From an uncultured virus (IMG/VR IMGVR_UViG_2912869438_000005) (taxonomy: Duplodnaviria > Heunggongvirae > Uroviricota > Caudoviricetes): a DNA stretch of 64,000 nt. Of the stretch, positions 40,201 to 50,025 are shown one piece after another. The notes beneath the pieces were generated by a model. That model was given only the letters and a program-made list of their open reading frames with translations. It was not told the origin of the DNA and made no database searches. Location of the stretch: positions 62,001-126,000 of the IMG/VR virus record IMGVR_UViG_2912869438_000005; one strand, 5' to 3'. The translations under genes were made by a program, and so were the position numbers. The first letter of the stretch is position 1. Every line of letters starts with the position of its first letter.

Positions 40201-42174
40201 AAGAAAATAAGAATTTACAAGTTAATCATAAAGATGGTGACAAACAAAATAATCACAAAAATAACTTAGAATGGGTAACAGGGAAAGAGAATATGCGTCA
40301 TTGTTTTGACACTGGCTTATCTAATATTCCAAAGCCGATAGTTCAATATACACTAACAGGACAAAAAATTGCTGAATATAAGTCAGAAAGCGAAGCAGCA
40401 CGAGCACTTAACATTGATGTAAGAACAATTTGTAATGGACTGATTAACAAAGAAGGAAGTCAGGCTTGTGGTTATCAATGGAGATATACAAATGACAAAC
40501 GAAAAGTCAGCAATATCTCGAAGAGCGTAAAGTTTTACTCCAGAGGGGTAATACAATTAACAATAGAAGGAGACTTTGTAAACTATTTTAGTAGTATTAC
40601 TGATGCTTATAAAGTATTGAATAAAACAGACAATGGTGCAATTTCTCAGGTGTGTAAAGGAAATAGAAATTCGTTTGCGGGTTATAAATGGGTTTATGAG
40701 CAAGACTACAAAAAAAGCGTAGATGAAGATATAGTCTATTCCCCTACTTAAATATCGGGAAACCGAGGGTGTAAAAGATTCTTTTAGTTTACTTCATACT
40801 TTGGCATATTCAATCATTGCTCTACAGGAATTGAACTTAAACTATCGATATAACCCTTTATACTGGAATACAGCCTGTCTAACTGTGAACAGCGGAGGAG
40901 TCGAAAATGAAGAAGAATCTGATGACCTAGACAAAAAGAAGAAGACACAAAAAACAGATTACGGTAAAGTTGCTTCAGCAATAGGGAATATACGACGCCG
41001 GGGAATTAAAGTTGATTTACCTGATATCAACAAGGCCGGATTTGGCTTTAAAGCTGATATTGAAAATAACTCAATTATTTTTGGCATGAAGGGGATGAAC
41101 GGTATCGGCGACGAGGTTGTTCATCAAATTATCAGCAATAGACCTTATACTGATTTTGAGGACTTTCTAGAGAGAATGTACTATAGCGGTATCATAAAGA
41201 AAGGACAGGTCATTCAATTAATAAAGGGAGGCTGCTTTGATTCATTTGGAGAGAGAAAAGATTTAATGAAATCGTTTATTTCTTTAATCTCCGAACCTAA
41301 AAGTAAGCTAACCATGTCCAATTTGAAGATGCTTATTGAAAATGATTTAGTTCCAGGGGATTTTGCATTAGAAATACGGTTCTTTCGTTTCAAAGATTAT
41401 ATTAGCAAGAGAGTTTTTAAAAAGGTCGATTCACCAAAAGACAAATTATTGCTGCTTGATGATATAGCATCTACTTTCTATAATGAACACTTTGATGAAA
41501 GTGGCATAGTTGATGTACATAACGGTAATCTTGTGATATCTGAAAAGGCATTTAAAAAGGAATACGACAGAAAAATGCTGAAATTGAAAAATTGGATTGG
41601 AACCCAAGAGCCTTTAAAAAAGCTAAATGATTGTCTATTTAGACAAGAATGGGAAAAGTACGCGAACGGTTCATATGGAAAATGGGAGATGGACTCACTT
41701 AGTTATTATTATCACGATCATGAGTTAAGCAATGTGAACTTTTCAAAGTACAGCATCGTTGATTTTCATAAACTGCCCGATGAACCAGTAAAAGGTCGAC
41801 CATACAAGTGGAGAGGAAAAGAGCTTTATGAATATGAAACTCATAGAATTATAGGTACAGCTCTTGATCGAGATAAAAACAAACACACAATTACATTGTT
41901 AACACCAACAGGAGTGGTTACAGTCAAACAGTGGGCTGGGAGCTTCAGTCATTACAATAAACAAATTTCACGAAACATAAACGGAAAGAAAGAAGTTGTT
42001 GAAAAGTCCTGGTATACAAGAGGCACACTGTTAATGTTTACTGGCTTTAGAAGAGGAAACAATTTTATCCCTAAGACATATAAGAATAGTGTCTATCAGC
42101 ATACGGTGTGTAAAATCGAAGGTGTAGACGCGGAAGGAAATTTAATCTTAACCTCAGAAAGAAAGCAATTATAA
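37218..42174 (+). CDS. dnaE: DNA polymerase III alpha, spliced: join(37218..39765, 40778..42174); start may be GTG 37233
   Basis: PHP motifs (HCH, TDHE, TTDAHY), GAARGSAAG, PDIDIDTE; splicing restores KRQFG-Y-SFSLLHTLAYS. Confidence 0.93.
39766..40777 (+). ncRNA. group I self-splicing intron in dnaE (1012 nt)
   Basis: 5' exon ends GGGU with a U.G wobble against GCCC at 39775; P7 GACUAU/AUAGUC (GAAGAUAUAGUCU); terminal G; exons rejoin in frame. Confidence 0.9.
39927..40751 (+). CDS. intron-encoded HNH homing endonuclease (NUMOD4-HNH-NUMOD1 type); likely start 39981
   Basis: MEEWKRI...YEISNTGR, HRLVA, VNHKDGDKQNN..NNLEWVT..EN, two NUMOD1-like repeats; AAGGAGGTG RBS before 39981. Confidence 0.92.
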   Translation: MKSLLTKRHTSTLKEVIKMEEWKRIYINGTETVYEISNTGRCRNITKKSWKTKGVLRPRVNNKSGYVQYCIVHQSKKYYMYAHRLVATYFLEENKNLQVNHKDGDKQNNHKNNLEWVTGKENMRHCFDTGLSNIPKPIVQYTLTGQKIAEYKSESEAARALNIDVRTICNGLINKEGSQACGYQWRYTNDKRKVSNISKSVKFYSRGVIQLTIEGDFVNYFSSITDAYKVLNKTDNGAISQVCKGNRNSFAGYKWVYEQDYKKSVDEDIVYSPT

Positions 42175-42181
42175 TACGGAT

Positions 42182-42901
42182 GTGATGGAAATTTTCAAAA
42201 AACTGATAGACTCAAACAAATTAAAAGTATATAATAGATACAAAGAGTTGCAGATCTATTCTGTAATCTTTCTATTGGGGGTGGGATCAACATTAGGCTA
42301 CAAGATGATAGAGGAACATATCCAGCAGCAAAAGAAGGTTTCAATAAAAGAGCCATTTTATAAAAAACCAGACTTCATTCGTGAAGTGAAGTTTGAAAGG
42401 CAGGTGCTGCCTCATTTAGAGACTCGCCAAGAGATTATTGAAAAGGCACAAGATAAGTATTTACATATTAAAGTAGAAGAAGTTAAAAAAAATAAACCAA
42501 AAAGCAAATTAAAAGAAAATAAAAAGAGGGAACTTTCTTTCAAACCCAAGCAAAAGACTCAAAAGAGGCCTCACGAACAAAATCAAGCCATTAAAATGGA
42601 GGCCACGGCTTATGTTCCATTTTGCGATACTGGCTGTATAGGGACAACTAAAACAGGCTATGACGTATCAAATACAATTTACTATAAAGGGAAAAGAGTG
42701 ATTGCAGTTGATCCATCTGTAATTCCTCTGCACTCTTTAGTGAAGGTATCTTATAATAACGATTCGTTTGAGGCTTATGCTATAGATACAGGAGGTGATA
42801 TTAAAGGGAATCGAATCGATCTTCTTGTTCAATCAGAATCAATCGCAAGAGACTTTGGTCGAAGAAATGTTGATGTGAGTATCATTACAAAAGGGAGCTG
42901 A
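42182..42901 (+). CDS. 3D-domain cell-wall protein (YorM-like); true start likely downstream of 42235
   Basis: MEATAY, IAVDPSVIPL, AIDTGGDIKGNRIDL; N-terminal TM. Confidence 0.85.
   Translation: MMEIFKKLIDSNKLKVYNRYKELQIYSVIFLLGVGSTLGYKMIEEHIQQQKKVSIKEPFYKKPDFIREVKFERQVLPHLETRQEIIEKAQDKYLHIKVEEVKKNKPKSKLKENKKRELSFKPKQKTQKRPHEQNQAIKMEATAYVPFCDTGCIGTTKTGYDVSNTIYYKGKRVIAVDPSVIPLHSLVKVSYNNDSFEAYAIDTGGDIKGNRIDLLVQSESIARDFGRRNVDVSIITKGS
42207..42235 (+). promoter_or_regulatory. repeated sigma-A promoter with AATTAAAAG operator (copy 2)
   Basis: TAGACT-caaacaaattaaaagta-TATAAT. Confidence 0.8.
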
Positions 42902-42905
42902 TTGA

Positions 42906-43121
42906 TTGCCAAAGTATTGGACTTACAATGTGAATGATGAAGTAGAAATTAATAGTAATGCAAAGTATGGTATGCCTTCATTTTTTGGACTTAAGGGCGT
43001 TATCATTGCTAAGGTAAACAGCTGGCAATATGATTATGATGTACTTCATTACAACGGTGAGATTGGGAGATACAAAGAATCAGAATTGAATTTAATACAT
43101 AAAGTGAGTGATACATATTGA
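42906..43121 (+). CDS. YorP-like protein
   Basis: MPKYWTY...YDYDV...RYKESEL; position. Confidence 0.65.
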   Translation: MPKYWTYNVNDEVEINSNAKYGMPSFFGLKGVIIAKVNSWQYDYDVLHYNGEIGRYKESELNLIHKVSDTY

Positions 43122-43451
43122 GATTGAATCAAAAGGCTTTTGTAGATGAAATGGGGACAGGCGTTGTCTCTTACATAGATTATGAGAATAAAAGAGTTGG
43201 TATTGAGTTTGATGGTATCGGTTATGAGGAATATGATTTTGAGGATAAAGATCTCATCTTATTACAGTAATTAAAAGGAGTCGATTGGTTTGTATAAAGT
43301 CGATGAGAAGGTAATTGTTAATCTCTCCGGTGAAAAAGCAACTGTAAAAACAGTGGATGAACGATATCATCAAGTAGAAGTTCAATATGAAGATGGATCT
43401 TATGAAGTATTGGGATGGCACAAAGTCAGAAGGGAGGTGGATGAATGCTAA
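43118..43451 (+). CDS. two small genes not in ORF track (43118..43270, 43290..43451)
   Basis: Open frames of 50 and 53 aa with TTG starts, overlapping their neighbours. Confidence 0.6.
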
Positions 43452-44029
43452 TAATTTTAGAGGGAGCCAGGGGGACTGGAAAGTCTTCAGTTGCATATAA
43501 ACTTAGGCAACGGTTGAAGCATAGTACATTGATTAATCCAACAGGATTTCATGAAGATGGTGATAAGGGACTTGCTAAGATTTCAAATTATTACGAAGGA
43601 ATATTCGACCTCTTATACAAATGGAAGGCAAGAGTAAACGATTATACAACGATATTGGATCGTTTCTTCCCAACGGAGGTGGTGTTCTCATCCCTATATA
43701 AGGAGTATGATTTTCATCAAAAATTTAAGAGTCTTTGTAAACTGCTGCCCACACTGGATGATGATATTTACATTTTCTTTTTTACGATATCGAATAAGGA
43801 AGTTTTAAAAGAAAGACTAAACAGAGATAAGATTCAGTTTGGGCAAGTGGAAGAAAGTGTAGAAGAGTCATTAAAGCAACAAGACGCTTATTATAAATAC
43901 ATAAACAAATTAAAAGAATATGTTGATTGGTTTGAAAAGGGAAGTATGAAAATCATCGAGATTGATACGGCTTATTTGTCTCAGGATGACGTTATTAACT
44001 TTGTAATTAGGCGTATAAAAAAGGAGTGA
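43445..44029 (+). CDS. nucleotide kinase-like P-loop protein
   Basis: IILEGARGTGKS, ILDRF. Confidence 0.8.
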   Translation: MLIILEGARGTGKSSVAYKLRQRLKHSTLINPTGFHEDGDKGLAKISNYYEGIFDLLYKWKARVNDYTTILDRFFPTEVVFSSLYKEYDFHQKFKSLCKLLPTLDDDIYIFFFTISNKEVLKERLNRDKIQFGQVEESVEESLKQQDAYYKYINKLKEYVDWFEKGSMKIIEIDTAYLSQDDVINFVIRRIKKE

Positions 44030-44053
44030 ATAATCACTCCTTTTACCAAGAAT

Positions 44054-44398
44054 TTATCGAGGTTCTACAGTAATCTTATAAATCACATAGTTATCATTGA
44101 TATCATAAGCATAAACCAATGCTGTACCGAGTGAAGAATGGGAAGATACAACACCACCAGGGCTTATGCTAATAAGATGGCTACCAGAAACTATTTCCCA
44201 TCTTGTATAGCCATTTAACAACAAAACATTAGAATTCCTTAGCATATGGAAATCTACTGTTCCAATGGCATCGGCAGGTTTTACAACTTGTTTAATTTGT
44301 GCTGGCTCTTGGGCATATGCTTGATTTGTCAGCGCTGGAAGAGCTAATGAAGAAATAGATAATGCTGAAACAATCAATCCTTTGTAAAACTTATTCAT
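44054..44398 (-). CDS. secreted Ig-like protein (YjdB-like)
   Basis: Signal peptide VSALSISSLAL; RNSN...EIVSG...ISIS.GGVV...LG.A.V...YKITV. Confidence 0.65.
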   Translation of the reverse strand: MNKFYKGLIVSALSISSLALPALTNQAYAQEPAQIKQVVKPADAIGTVDFHMLRNSNVLLLNGYTRWEIVSGSHLISISPGGVVSSHSSLGTALVYAYDINDNYVIYKITVEPR

Positions 44399-44707
44399 AA
44401 GATTTACCCCCTAGGTTTTGATTGAGTTACAAGTCTAGTATATCATGTAAAAATTTAGTAATGTGTGAAGTGTTTGTGAAACTGAATAAAATATCAATTT
44501 TAAACAGACTATAAAAGAGAAAGGTAAGTGAATTTGGGAGAGAATTATTTTAGAGTATTGTGGAATGGAACAAGGGTTAATCTTAAGTTTCCAACTAAAC
44601 AGAAAGCTATTGCATACATAAACAGAAGAAGAGCATTTAATTGTGAGATTCAAGAGCGAACACAAGATCATAAGCTTGTGAACAGTTGGATCATCCATAC
44701 ATATTGA

Positions 44708-46520
44708 TTGGGGGAGGGTACTATCAACTACTACGCTTATAATTTCATATTAGATAACTTAGATTTGATCGAGAAAAGACTTGATGATCTTCATACATAT
44801 CTAGAGAATACTTTTACATATGAGGAAAGAAAAGTGTGGAATCGTGCTGACAAGGATTTGATTTTTGCACTTATGAAAATCGAAGAAATTAAAAACGACA
44901 TTCGCTAATTTTTTATAGACAAACACAAATTAAAAGTATATAATTATTTTCATAGTTAAGAGGTATTTATGAACTACATATGCGATATTTGCAGTGGCTA
45001 TACAACTCACCCAATGTGCATAAGGATTTCTGAAGAGAAAATAAGGACAGCAGAGGACAAAATTGAAATCAACTGCTGTAAGAATTGTGGCGAGGCTCTT
45101 TTCAAAAGAGTTAAAAAAGAGTGTAAAGGAATGACTATAAAGAAAACTTTAAACCATTTAAGTCTAATTAAACAAATTAAAAGAAATTTAAGATGTGATT
45201 AGAGTTAAGGTAGTCATTGGTTGATTGAAAAATGGGAGGTAAAACACCTAAAACAACAGGAGCGGACTCAATGATTCAACTTCCACTGAATGAAAAGAAA
45301 TACGGGAAATAGGGGAGTTATTCCCCTTTAAATTTCCTAAGAAAGCGCATATAACCACAAATGTAAACAAAAGGAGAGAATGTGAATGAGCAATGAGCAA
45401 TGAGGAATGGGGAGTAGAAGTTTATTCTGGTTATGATTATGTTGGGAAAATGACAGAAGCAAATGGTGATGTAGCGGTTTTTGACAAAGGGGAAAAAGCG
45501 ATGGCGGTAGCTCAAAAATTTAAAACAGCTAGTTCACTGGGCATCTGGTGTAAATTGGTGAAGCTTAATAGGGAGGGGCATCATGCAATCTGAATTCAAA
45601 GTATTTAAATTCAATGATTATGATAGTGCGGCAGCCGTTAGCGAAGAAGCAGGAAGAAAAGCTTACTTAGAGTTCACTGGGTTATCTGAAGAAGAGGCGT
45701 TTGACGAGGCTGTTTACGATGAAATAGATCCAAACTGCAATCGTGTTATCGTAAGCGAACCGGGACAGGAAGTAATAAAATTAACATATATAGAAGCTTA
45801 TGAAAAAGGATATTTTACCTTACCTGCATTTTTCACAACTGAGTATTGATTTAAATGAAATTCAAATTTTATTGAGAGGGAGGCTAATGTATGAAAAATA
45901 AATTAAAAAATGCAGTGCACTATATTGAAGCAAACAGAGATGAAATGGGCGATAAGAAAGCACTTGATTTGCTCATTAAAGCTCTTAAGAAAATTGCTGC
46001 AGAAGCGTTTGTTTGATTTAAAGGAGGCGATGGTTTGACAAGACATAAAGCAAAATTTACGGGTCAAATTTTATACAAGAATTATATGTTTAATGTACAC
46101 CCTATGTTGTTTTCTAAAGATGTTGAAATATGTGAAGTCCTTAAGCCTTTTATTAGTGCTATATCTGCATACGATAAACATGGAGTTTATTCATTTGTAG
46201 ATCACTCTATTGGTGAAAAGAAGATATTTTTTGAAGGGGAGATAGACGGAGAACCTATCAATGTTGGTGAAAAAGTTTATATTAAAGGTATAAATGATTA
46301 CATTGTTATTAAGGACAGATATCGAAACCTCAATAATGAATGGACGTATGAAACAGATCACATTGTTAAGATTATTGAAGATGAAGAAACAATTTTAAGC
46401 AAAGAATGGGCAGTTAAACAGTATGAAGAAGCTCTTATGGATATTGAGCATGAAAAGAGATATGAAAATGCAGATGCAGTTAAGGCTAATAAATCCTGGT
46501 TGAAACGGCTGTTTAATTAA
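44708..46520 (+). CDS. cluster of small hypothetical genes (44708..44908, 44969..45202, 45393..45593, 45583..45849, 46035..46520)
   Basis: Co-oriented ORFs with RBSs. Confidence 0.65.
44916..44944 (+). promoter_or_regulatory. repeated sigma-A promoter with AATTAAAAG operator (copy 3)
   Basis: TAGACA-aacacaaattaaaagta-TATAAT. Confidence 0.85.
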
Positions 46521-46526
46521 AAGGAG

Positions 46527-46898
46527 GTGAGAATTTTGAATTTTCTTGGTAAAAGTAAAACAAGTACAGTCATCAGCAGTAGCGGTAAAGTCACTGTTAA
46601 TGGAGTTAGATATGAAGGGAACAACATTACAATAACCAATAACAAAGTTCTTATTGATGGACAGGCTGTAGAGAGCTCTGTATCTGGAGAAGTAAAGGTT
46701 AAAATCGAAGGCAGCCCAGTTAAAGTTTACTCTGATGCTTCTGTTGAAGTGAGAGGTGACGTCTTAGGTGATGTTGATTCAGGAGGAAGTGTAAATTGCG
46801 GCAATGTTAAAGGGAATGTAGATGCTGGGGGAAGTGTCTGTTGTGGAACTGTAGGCGGAAGTGTAGACGCGGGTGGCAGTGTAAGCATGAGAAGATGA
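46527..46898 (+). CDS. Gly/Val-rich beta-solenoid-like protein
   Basis: Repeats of GxVD(S/A)GGSVxCGxV. Confidence 0.7.
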   Translation: MRILNFLGKSKTSTVISSSGKVTVNGVRYEGNNITITNNKVLIDGQAVESSVSGEVKVKIEGSPVKVYSDASVEVRGDVLGDVDSGGSVNCGNVKGNVDAGGSVCCGTVGGSVDAGGSVSMRR

Positions 46899-47056
46899 AA
46901 GGAGCTGAATAAATGTCTAATGTGAATATAAAAGATTCTGCAATGATTGTTTTTAAAAAGAGTCCATCTGGAGAAATAGTGGATGAAATAAAGGTGGTTA
47001 CTATGCCGTCGAAGATAGCTGGTCAAAAGTTTTATTTTAACTAAAAAACAAAAAGG

Positions 47057-47743
47057 GTGATGAAAATGGATTTAAATTTAATTATAAATGACACTCTTAC
47101 AGAATTAAAAGATCAAGGATACGTTGAGAAAATTGTAAGGAAGCAACTTGAAGAAACCATTCAAGATATTATTAAAGATTCTTTTAAAAGTTGGAGTGAC
47201 TTTGGGAAAGAATTGAAGCAGCAAGTTCAAGATCAGATACAATTTAATTTAGAAAGTTTGGATATTCCATCTTACAACCAAGTTATTGTAAATATCATAA
47301 GAGATGAATTAGAGCGATCTGTCCATGAGGAAGGGGGAAGACGTATTCAAGAAAGTATCCGGGATATTTTGGGTACTGCAAAAGAAGAATACAAGCTGTC
47401 TGAACTTATCAATGAAATCGTAGAGCAAGATTGTGAACTGAATGAACTGCACTATGATGATTACAAAGAGATCACTGTAATTGTTGAAAATAAATATGGT
47501 GGTAAATACATTTATATCGATCCAGAAGAAGACCAAGACTGGTACAGATGCAAATATCGATTAACACTTGACAACGATTTAACAGTCACACGAGCAGAAA
47601 TTAATGATAGGGCTTTTGATAATAAGACAATCATGGGCGGATTATATGGCGCAGATGCAACTATTTTCAAAATGTGGACTCGTAAATCAAAGTTGATTAT
47701 CGATAATTATCAGACGAGCTTTACCAACCCAGAATATGAGTGA
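47057..47743 (+). CDS. hypothetical phage protein (228 aa)
   Basis: Long ORF bracketed by palindrome copies 47024 and 47766. Confidence 0.8.
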   Translation: MMKMDLNLIINDTLTELKDQGYVEKIVRKQLEETIQDIIKDSFKSWSDFGKELKQQVQDQIQFNLESLDIPSYNQVIVNIIRDELERSVHEEGGRRIQESIRDILGTAKEEYKLSELINEIVEQDCELNELHYDDYKEITVIVENKYGGKYIYIDPEEDQDWYRCKYRLTLDNDLTVTRAEINDRAFDNKTIMGGLYGADATIFKMWTRKSKLIIDNYQTSFTNPEYE

Positions 47744-47801
47744 TTGGTGCCCTACATAGTTTAAATAAAAGGATGATTTTAAAGAAAGAGGAGGAAAGCC
47801 C

Positions 47802-47993
47802 GTGGCTTATGATGAGATTAATGGCAAGTTAATTAACCCAAAAGTAAGTGATGTAATTAAAGCATTACAAGATCAACTTGATTTTTACGGCGACACACCA
47901 GTTAACTTCAGGATTGATGGTGAAGAAGCAAGGGATGAGATTCAATTAGATCCATATAAAAATGTTCTTGTGTTGCATTTAGAGGAAGTTTAA
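47802..47993 (+). CDS. hypothetical phage protein
   Basis: GAGGAGG RBS. Confidence 0.7.
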   Translation: MAYDEINGKLINPKVSDVIKALQDQLDFYGDTPVNFRIDGEEARDEIQLDPYKNVLVLHLEEV

Positions 47994-48007
47994 GGAGGAA
48001 AGCTACA

Positions 48008-48219
48008 ATGGACACTTTTGATTTTATCGATGTTATTTTAAACACTATAAAGGTGGCATTTATAAGGTTATAGGGGAAATCATTCATACTGAAACAGAAG
48101 AAATACTTGTTACATATGAAGATCAAGATGGAACACTTTGGGCAAGACCTAAGGACATGTTTTTTGGGAATGTGATTGTAGATGGAAAAGAGAATAAGAG
48201 ATTTATAAAAATGGATTGA
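48008..48219 (+). pseudogene. DUF1653-like gene with single-base frameshift at T4 (48036-48039)
   Basis: The -1 frame reads FKHYKGGIYKVIGEIIHTETEEILVTY...LWARPKDMFF...KRF. Confidence 0.7.
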
Positions 48220-48259
48220 GAAGCCGTTAATCGAAGGAAGAATGGCCGAAGCCATCTCC

Positions 48260-48574
48260 CTAGAAGCCTAATTGTTTAGCAACATATATGTTTGCTGCTT
48301 CTTGTTGCATTTCTTCCCAGTTAAAAAATTTACTGTTTTCCCTAACAAAGTCATCCCATAAATCATCGGGGATTGATTCAAAATCTTGCTGGGTTTCAAT
48401 GGTGAAAGGAGATTTATCAAGCATTTCATCAAGAGACGAAAATTTCGTATTCTTTTTCATAAATGAATCGGTAAAAAGCTCATTTAATTGAAGTTCTTGT
48501 CCCTTTTCAAGTTCACTAGCTTTTTGTTGCATTTTTTTAAGTTTTCGATCGAATTCTTTGAAACCATTACTCAT
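48260..48574 (-). CDS. hypothetical protein (104 aa)
   Basis: ORF with AGGAG RBS. Confidence 0.78.
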   Translation of the reverse strand: MSNGFKEFDRKLKKMQQKASELEKGQELQLNELFTDSFMKKNTKFSSLDEMLDKSPFTIETQQDFESIPDDLWDDFVRENSKFFNWEEMQQEAANIYVAKQLGF

Positions 48575-48591
48575 AATTTTTCATCTCCTGT

Positions 48592-48738
48592 TCATTTTCT
48601 TTTTGATTTTGCTTGAGAGAGAACTGAACCTGCTAAACTCTTTGAAGTTTTGCTAGAGCCTTTATTTCTCAAGACTTTTGAAGCGACTTTAACCATTTTT
48701 GGCGATGAGACTCTTCTGGAGCTTGGTTTTCTAGGCAT
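48592..48738 (-). CDS. 48-aa highly basic protein (not in ORF track)
   Basis: MPRKPSSRRVSSPKMVKVASKVLRNKGSSKTSKSLAGSVLSQAKSKRK; AGGTG RBS. Confidence 0.7.
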   Translation of the reverse strand: MPRKPSSRRVSSPKMVKVASKVLRNKGSSKTSKSLAGSVLSQAKSKRK

Positions 48739-49276
48739 ATGTATACACCTGCCTTTCAAGGTAGAATATGTGTTCCTTCACAATATATAGTATACTACCA
48801 TTCAGGGAAACACAATATACTGTGCTCGAGTTGATGAATGTTCACAGTTTGCTTTAGCTAGGAACCTGTGGATAGGAGCTAAGCATTTATTAATGATCAG
48901 TAAAGGGAGGTGAAGTACAAAGTTATCGTGTATTTAGGTGGAATTACGGATTTATAGGGAGGTATGATCTCATGGAACTTGAAGCTAGATTGAAAATACA
49001 CAAAGATTCAGACAATACACATCCACAAGGGAAACTCATCGTAAAACCAAACGGAGAGTATGTAAACCTTAAATTTGATGATTATGGTCGTGAAGTTTCA
49101 GTATTGGCTGATGAATTAAGAGCCGTGCTTAATATAGGGAAATGAAAGGAGGAAGATTATGAGTAACCATTTCAAATTTAAACTGTCAAATATCGAAAAT
49201 GGTGATTTGATTCTAATAATCTAAATAAAATCATAATTTTATATACTAATTAAAAGTAATCTAAGGAGGAAGAGTT

Positions 49277-49624
49277 ATGGGTGCTGCTAAAAAACTGTAT
49301 GTGAAAAAAGATCAACTTGTGAGCATTGAAGAAGCTAAAAGTAATATGACAATACATACACCGGAAGGCTATTCTGTCCCTGTTGCAGTGGGAGAGCTTG
49401 TGGCTACCAATCCAAAAGGAGAGCAATACGTCGTACCTAAAAGCTACAGGAACAAATATGTCGAAGTCAAACAATTTAAGGATGCTTCATTATACGAGTC
49501 AATGGCAAAAGGATATCAAGAAATGGCTGCAATTAATTTAGAAGAGGCAAGCACCGGGTTTTCTGCGGAAAATCAAGCAGAAGAAATCACAGAGAAATTT
49601 GTTTCAGGAAGTATAAACGAATAA
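49277..49624 (+). CDS. yosL: YosL-like protein with MazE-mimic C-terminus
   Basis: Directly upstream of nrdI; MAKGYQEMAAINLEEASTGFSAENQAEEITEKFVSG parallels MazE MRRGYMEMAKINLNISSEAHFAECEAETTVERLVSG. Confidence 0.8.
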   Translation: MGAAKKLYVKKDQLVSIEEAKSNMTIHTPEGYSVPVAVGELVATNPKGEQYVVPKSYRNKYVEVKQFKDASLYESMAKGYQEMAAINLEEASTGFSAENQAEEITEKFVSGSINE

Positions 49625-50025
49625 TGCTTGTTACATATGAAAGCATGACAGGTAATGTTAGAAGATTTGTAAGAAAGCTTGAGCAAAAAATGCAAATTAA
49701 AACTATGGAAATCACTGAGGATTTAAAGGTTGATGAGCCATTCATACATATTACATACACAATTAAATTCGGGCAAATTCCTGAAAAAACTCAGAAGTTT
49801 ATACATAATAATAAAGATTTTTTGTACGGGGTTTGTTCAAGCGGGAATCGAAATTGGGGTAGCTATTATGCTGCGGCGGCAGATAAACTCTCACAACACT
49901 ATCAAGTACCAGTACTTCTTAAGTTTGAATTAAGTGGATCAGATTCAGACTTGGACAAGTTAATACAGGAGGTTAAGTTTATTGACATTAATCAATCAGG
50001 TGCCAAAGTGGGTTCAACTGAATAA
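49624..50025 (+). CDS. nrdI: NrdI flavodoxin-like protein
   Basis: YESMTGNVRRF, SSGNRNWG, KFELSG. Confidence 0.95.
   Translation: MLVTYESMTGNVRRFVRKLEQKMQIKTMEITEDLKVDEPFIHITYTIKFGQIPEKTQKFIHNNKDFLYGVCSSGNRNWGSYYAAAADKLSQHYQVPVLLKFELSGSDSDLDKLIQEVKFIDINQSGAKVGSTE

Noticed and set aside
39766..40800. dnaE as two genes or a pseudogene
   Set aside because: Group I intron signals are present and splicing restores a conserved motif in frame
45203..45392. Possible ncRNA or tRNA in the intergenic gap
   Set aside because: Only a short hairpin (aggggagttattcccct); no cloverleaf or recognisable family
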